Made by a program: the position numbers and the translations under genes
Assembly: GCA_963825865.1 (NCBI GenBank)
Contig: CAWGVG010000026.1
Location: 1-64,000, forward strand
DNA length: 64,000 bases
Source: an uncultured Nitrososphaeraceae archaeon
GTDB taxonomy: Archaea; Thermoproteota; Nitrososphaeria; Nitrososphaerales; Nitrososphaeraceae
Direction: 5' to 3'
Shown: one piece after another, positions 58,061 to 64,000 of the stretch
Position numbering within the stretch: position 1 is the stretch's first letter
How the letters are laid out: every line of letters starts with the position of its first letter
The notes under the pieces: model-generated
Told to the model about the DNA's origin: nothing
Databases searched by the model: none
The model's input: only the letters and a program-made list of their open reading frames with translations

Positions 58061-59393
58061 ATGAATCGAGATAATATTAGTGCATTAATAATGGCAATGA
58101 CAATAGTAGTAGTTTCTGTTATCGTTGGTTTTACAATATATTTCAACAATCCTAGCCTTAATCAGGCTTGGTCAGAACAACAACAAAAAGACAAAGGCTT
58201 GGTCGTAGGCGATGTTCATTCACCGGAATTTGAATTCGAAAAAAACTATGCCACTGTGAAGAGCGCTGCCCAAACTGGAATAACTCGTCCGGTAAGAGCA
58301 GCTGAAATGGTAGAAAATCATACCATAACTACTATCAAAATCAATAAGACTCAGTTCCAACAAATTAACGAGTCACAATTCATAAAAGCGCCTGAGTTTG
58401 CTCAAATCAGTGGCTACATAAATACACCTAATAATAATAGTCCAATTACACTTTCATCTCTTAAAGGAAAAGTAGTTTTAGTATACATTTGGACATATAC
58501 ATGCATTAACTCGATTCGCCCGATGCCGTACATCGACGATTGGAATCAAAAATATGCTGATAAGGGTTTAGTTACAGTTGGTGTCCATTCACCAGAATTT
58601 ACGTTTGAAAAAAACTATACCAATGTGAAGGCTGCTGTCCAAAGATTTGGAATAACTTATCCTGTAATACTGGATAGTGACCATGGAACTTGGAATGCTT
58701 ATGGAAACCAGTACTGGCCTAGGTATTACTTGATTGATACTCAAGGATACATAAGGTACGATCACATAGGTGAAGGTAATTATGATCAAATAGAAAAAGC
58801 AATTCAGTCATTAGTGGCTGAACGTGCTCCTCTAATGGGTGCAAAAGAAATAAGCTTCAATACAAAACCTACTACAGTAATTAAACCAGGAAGTTTGCAG
58901 TATGTAGATTTAAGACAGAGCACAACACCAGAAATATACATAGGATATGATACTGCGAGAGCACCACTTGGAAATCCTGAAGGCTTCAAACCAGATCAGA
59001 CAGTTTCATATTCAATCCCATCAACTACAAATTTCAAACCTGATATTGGGTACCTCCAAGGCAATTGGAAAAACAATCCCGATAATATGGAATTACAAAG
59101 TGATACTGGGCGCATTGTTTTGACATATTATGCAAAGTCTGTAAATATAATAGCAGGAGGAAAGGGTGGAGGAGTTGTTTTTAATGATGAAGGAGTAGGA
59201 GGAGGAGCATGCAGCATCAACAGCGAAGATACCGAACAAATCTTTAGGAGAAGATTTATCACAAGATGGTAGTTTTAGAATTGACGGGCAAAGGTTGTAT
59301 AATTTAGCTATACATAACAACTACACTGCTCATAACATTGTAATTGACGTTAAAGGCAAAGGATTTCAATTCTATACTTTTACTTTCGGTTAG
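58061..59393 (+). CDS. Membrane-anchored DipZ-like thioredoxin/redoxin protein, frameshift near 59210
   Basis: N-terminal TM, WTYTCINS, VGVHSPEF, NQYWPRYYLID, TPEIYIGY and C-terminal YTFTFG. Confidence 0.9.
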
Positions 59394-59579
59394 TTAGCGG
59401 GGATGGCCTACATGTATATAGATTATTACTATGGTTAAGATTCTAAACAATATACCAGACGCACAATACCTGCTTATCCATCAACAGGTATTTTGTACAT
59501 TACCCGAAACAATCCAGAATTCATGTATGGATTGTTATTTGTGAATTTTGCGACATCACATTGTTAAGCCTAAATAGTC

Positions 59580-59790
59580 GTCTTAGCTTTTACAATCCAT
59601 TCGAATTGATTCCAAGTTTATCATAATGTTTTTGAACAGAATCTTTGCTTGGATCTTCAATAATGCAAAGACTATTTCTGCTTCTGGATTGAAGAGAATA
59701 TTTGCATGACTACATGACCAAACTCATATTTGGTGATGCTTGGAGTTGCCTTAAAATCTCCTCGCTTGTTCCTCTTATCTAGTGCATATC
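59580..59790 (-). pseudogene. DUF4242-like small protein, degraded
   Basis: EEILRQLQASP / EFG / SHANILFNPEAE / EDPSKDSVQKHYDKLGI across frames. Confidence 0.5.
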
Positions 59791-60006
59791 AACTAGTATG
59801 TGTACTAATGTCGTCAATGTTAGAACTTTTATTAGATAATATTCCATAAATGCAATTGAACTTTTAAGGAAGAGATTGTAAATTTAGATAACACCCATTA
59901 CTTAGCCTCTAACATAAGGTTATCATTCAGAAACTCATTCTTTGCATGTTATCAATCCAAAATTATTACTATTGCCCTTATTACAAACCAATGTGTAAAC
60001 TCTCTA

Positions 60007-60310
60007 GTGGATGGGAGAGACAACTCCATATTGCATATTCCATTTCATCTGAAAACAATAACCTTTCTCATGATTGCTATTGTTATTATAACCGGCATAT
60101 CTGTTAGCTCATTAATATCTAACCAAAATTATACTGCTATAGCACAACAACAAGAACAAGCTCTTGCTTCAAAAGGTGTATCTTATGATAATGCGACGTT
60201 TTCGCATCATATGGCATCAGTAAACGGTATTCAACTTCATATGTAATAGGTGGTCATGGTAATCCTGTGGTTTTATTACACGGGTGGCCTGAAACATGAT
60301 ATGAATGGCA
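60007..60310 (+). pseudogene. Alpha/beta hydrolase N-terminal fragment, paralogue of 10398..11451
   Basis: DNATFSHHMASVNGIQLH / VIGGHGNPVVLLHGWPET*. Confidence 0.85.
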
Positions 60311-60544
60311 GGTTAATGGCAAAGAAGGCGTTATACTGGTATCACAATAGCTAGGCAGCGGCATCAACAAGCCCCAAGATATTTACATGGAACAGCCGAC
60401 TATATAGCTTATGTCGATCAGCCGATGCTTTGACTTGTCAGTTGAGGCGTCATTTAATATTAGTCATTAAACAGAACAAATTATTGCTTGACAATGATTT
60501 GTAGTATCTTCTAAAGTAGTTGCTCTTGCTCGAACAGTATTGTT

Positions 60545-61435
60545 CTACTTATGTAATGATGACGGTAATAGCATTGGTGGCTGAATCTCTCTTACACTTA
60601 AGTCAGAAAAATCCCACATCATGTTATCTGACCTAAATGTTACCAGCGGACCAGAATTTGTTATTACGTAGTCTTTGGCTCTTCCACAGTCAGCACTATA
60701 AAACTCTATATCTGAACTCTTAGCGAACCATCCGCCATTGTCGACTATTTCAGATACTTTCTTCCAAATATTGTTATCATTATCGTCAATATATGACTCC
60801 ATCTTTACAGCTTTATTATTATTGATATTATACATTACAACCTTCCAGCCTATCCATCTATTTACAATGGACCCAGTAACTTTGTGTGTATCTCTTGCTT
60901 TAGTATACCCTCCTGTATGCCATATCTCCTTTATCCATGATACTGTACCTTCAGTCGATATCCAACCTTTCAAAGCCGAACCCTCACATGGTACACTACT
61001 ACTATGTTTTCCACCCCTTGCGTACCAGTCAATATGGTCACTAGGAGAATCTGCCCATAACACCTTTGCGTATCCAGTTATCTCTACATTTTTCCACTCA
61101 GGTTCATCTTCTGATGTTCCAATTTTCATTCTCACTTGATCTTCTTCATTCTTGCTACCATCTTTTCCACCAATTTGCCACGAACCATCTGGTTGTTTAT
61201 ATATTGGAGAACCAGGATCAAATAGCTTGTCGGCTTTTGGATTAGCCATATCGATAAACCATTCTCTTCCTCCTGACTTTGTAGGGTAAATCTCTTTTAT
61301 TTTGAATATGTGTTTTACAAGACGTGGAGAGACAGGAGGAGGTATTTGAATAAGTTGAATATAAGAGTAAATTACGATGGATATAGCTAGAGATGCAGTG
61401 AGTATACCTACTATAATCCAGCGGCTCTTATTCAT
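60545..61435 (-). CDS. Membrane-anchored extracellular Trp-rich beta protein (possibly carbohydrate-active or carbohydrate-binding)
   Basis: N-terminal TM, then EIYPTKSGGREW, WKNVEITGY, WYARGGKH, KEIWH, WIGWKVVMYN and TFRSD; function is inference. Confidence 0.6.
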   Translation of the reverse strand: MNKSRWIIVGILTASLAISIVIYSYIQLIQIPPPVSPRLVKHIFKIKEIYPTKSGGREWFIDMANPKADKLFDPGSPIYKQPDGSWQIGGKDGSKNEEDQVRMKIGTSEDEPEWKNVEITGYAKVLWADSPSDHIDWYARGGKHSSSVPCEGSALKGWISTEGTVSWIKEIWHTGGYTKARDTHKVTGSIVNRWIGWKVVMYNINNNKAVKMESYIDDNDNNIWKKVSEIVDNGGWFAKSSDIEFYSADCGRAKDYVITNSGPLVTFRSDNMMWDFSDLSVREIQPPMLLPSSLHK

Positions 61436-61551
61436 TATTTATGTGAATGCTGTGGTATTAGATTAAGAATGCTATGTTTTATTTGAATAGTGTTTTATTA
61501 CGAGTAAAGAATACTTAGTACATCAAGTATCTAAGTTAACCATATTGAATT

Positions 61552-62120
61552 TCATGGCTTCCATAACAAACATTCGCATAAGATGAAGTACAAATGTATT
61601 GGTGGTGGTGGGTTGAGGGGCTTTGTTATCCAATTCCAACAAGTACTATTCAATGACACTCTTGAATTTTTGTATCGATATGGGTTTTTGTATAAACTTC
61701 TTCTTCTTCCTCCCGATTTTGATAAATCTGCAAATTCCTGATGTAGATGTTGCGGCTGTATCAATGGTTGTTGATCTCTGCCTGCTGCTTTCGTTCGAGA
61801 TAATCCTTTCTTGTATGTTTTGTGAATTTTAGTGAGTCGGGTAACAGCTTCCTTAACCATGATTCGGATACACCTGCCTTAGCAAAAGACTGAGAAATCA
61901 TCTTTCTAAGTTGTATCTCATCTACATTCAGATTCTAAAGCCAGTTGCCTTGCTTCTCTGACCTGTTTCATAATTGCCTCCTTTTTACTTTCATAGAAGT
62001 TGTGTATTGTACATAGTTCAGCAGCTGGCGTTAGCTGAATTCATCTAGTTTTTGCTCTAATGTCTCAATTGTTGGTGTGGGTTGCTGCTCCTGCTGGTCT
62101 TCTTCGTCGATAACAGTCAT
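61552..62120 (-). pseudogene. Helical/Gln-rich hypothetical protein, multiply frameshifted
   Basis: MTVIDEEDQQEQQ...KEAIMKQVREARQLA / IQLRKMISQSFAKAGVSESWLRKLLPDSLK. Confidence 0.5.
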
Positions 62121-63642
62121 AAAAAATTTTATAATTTCTACAATAAAAAAGAATTAAGTTTTATCTAGCTGTACATATGGTAAGGTAAGCAGTTAGCTTT
62201 AATAGCAGTTAGCTTTAATGGCATTTAAAGTTCCTCCCTTTTTGTAATATCTTTTTGTTTCAATATTTGAACCCATCTAGTTAATGTGGCCAGTGGTTTG
62301 TGAACCATTTTTGACATAATTTTTGGTCTTGATTTAGAGGTTTACAGAAAACTGAGGAAGACCTCAGACTCAGCTTAACTTGTAAATCTACACAGGATAA
62401 CATTACTCTATGACTTTGAAAAATAATACATAGTAGCAACTGTAGTTATTAGAGTAGTTCTTGTAGTCGTGTTGTTCATATTCTGAGTATAATGTCATCT
62501 GTATATTTGAAGTGAGTAAGTTTATGCTGATTTATCTAATATGATTTATTGCTAACTTGTTTCCTATAACAAATGAGTATATCAAATGAAGGATTCTTTC
62601 TAATTTAGCAATTGACAATATCAATCGCTATGTGATTTTGAATCTCTGGTCGCTTCTGGTGGCTCCGTAGAAACCCGAACATTACGGAGCGGACAATGAC
62701 AATACCAGCCTAAAAGAATGACACTATATTTTTTCTTTGCAAGCAGCAGAATTAGACGAACCAACAATAACCCGAGATATGCTGTAACTTCTATCATTGA
62801 GGTGTTTTCGACGAGCTTGTGACGATGATAACGTGCCTTACAGCAGAATATAATAAATCTAATAGTTTCTTTTTGAACTTAATTAATCGCACCTGAATGA
62901 CGATATTCTGATCAAGCTACAAACTACTGTTTTCCATATATTTAAATGCAAATCATTTCACTTCATCCGTGATTGAAACAATTCTATATACATGTAATAT
63001 ATAACAGGAAATAAAATTACCATCTTTTGCAGTTTTAAGATCAGAGCTAAACCAGAACAGACAAGGGGATATGAATCAATAAGGACCCCATGCCTGCCCT
63101 CATTTCGCAGTGGAACCCAAATTATATCTTGTATGATAGCCATGAGCTAAACGTTGCCTTTTCTCTTTTAGTAAATAGAATTTCCTATAAATGTAATTAT
63201 CTTGTATCTTGGCAGTTCACCTTGTTGTTATGATTATTGTCTTTCCCTCATCATGTCTGCTTGAATATCTTTTGTTCTTTCTTCCTGCAATTCATCATAT
63301 CATTCCTTTTTCTTTCTATTCTTCCTAGGATTTTTATAAACAGTCCTATTAAAGCCAAAATAACTTAGACCAGTTTCTACAGTATCAACTATCATTTCCC
63401 TGTACTTATCCTTACTATATAGAATGAGCTTCTACTGTGGTAATTTAATTTCATGATATACTTGAATCTAGTCATCTCGATTCGTACCTGTAGATACAAC
63501 ATAATGAACAGTGCAATCTTGGATATTGCATAAAAGATCAAACATTATATTCTATTTTTTAATTTGTTTGGCATACATCATATATGTAGTATATGCAAGT
63601 CCATAGTTTTTGTATTCATTTCTTAATGGGATAAACTTATCT

Positions 63643-64000
63643 CTATTCATTTTTGTAATACCTGTGTTTAAGAGAAGCAATTGTTGCTATTCTACCTACT
63701 GGATTCCAATAATTTTCTTTTATCATTGCTTCGATATGAGAACTAGTGATATCTTCAAAGATTAATTCTTCTGATTCTGCTTTATCTTTTGCATTGTTCC
63801 ATGCTTGGTTAAATTCCTTTTCAGTAATACCTGAAAGTTGAACTTCACCATACAATTCAGGTTTTAGATTTGATAGATTTCGACCAAGACCATAAAAGAT
63901 GATATTGCTGTTAAAATCCTCTAAATCCAATGATAGCTCTTCTTTTGCTTCTCTGATAACTGTTTTAAAAGGATCTGGATAGCCAGCAGGATCTATATCT
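63643..64000 (-). CDS. NUDIX-like protein C-terminal part (runs off the window)
   Basis: Open frame to the window edge: DPFKTVIREAKEELSL (RExxEE Nudix-like box), then FYGLGRNLSNLKPELYG. Confidence 0.55.
   Translation of the reverse strand, partial: DIDPAGYPDPFKTVIREAKEELSLDLEDFNSNIIFYGLGRNLSNLKPELYGEVQLSGITEKEFNQAWNNAKDKAESEELIFEDITSSHIEAMIKENYWNPVGRIATIASLKHRYYKNE

Noticed and set aside
62188-62219. Tandem 16-bp duplication AGCAGTTAGCTTTAAT x2
   Set aside because: Only two copies with no associated gene; consistent with simple slippage.
62662-62690. Hairpin GCTCCGTAG...TTACGGAGC
   Set aside because: An isolated 9-bp stem with no second copy or context to assign a function.

Overview
Low-GC (AT-rich by eye) archaeal DNA, most consistent with a soil ammonia-oxidising archaeon of the Nitrososphaeraceae. 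The basis is a TFB paralogue, a secreted gamma-carbonic anhydrase, DUF6659-like roadblock proteins and Asn/Gln/Thr-rich secreted proteins. This is an accessory, highly mosaic region. Intact or near-intact genes include a ferritin-like protein, class II aldolase, tRNA-binding protein, tautomerase, HxlR with a divergent TFB, patatin, MFS, gamma-CA, a CUT1 sugar ABC system, ZIP with a DtxR regulator, a Cache histidine kinase, an FtsX-type permease and a DipZ-like redoxin. They are interleaved with dozens of gene fragments and chimeras. Many conserved genes carry single-base frameshifts, several in homopolymers, so some 'pseudogenes' may be assembly errors. No rRNA, intact tRNA or CRISPR array was seen. 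The best candidate for an undescribed system is a multi-copy terminase-like module (HTH/TerS-like plus TerL) with no visible capsid or portal genes. It sits beside a HEPN gene and secreted Cys-rich genes, and two truncated copies form a ~175-bp inverted repeat around ~6.5 kb. Other notable non-coding signals are a phased TGTTAACA array next to a small wHTH gene, inverted 9-mer repeats, HxlR-type operators over a TFB start, and four DtxR-type boxes. All family calls come from motif recognition by eye, not database searches.
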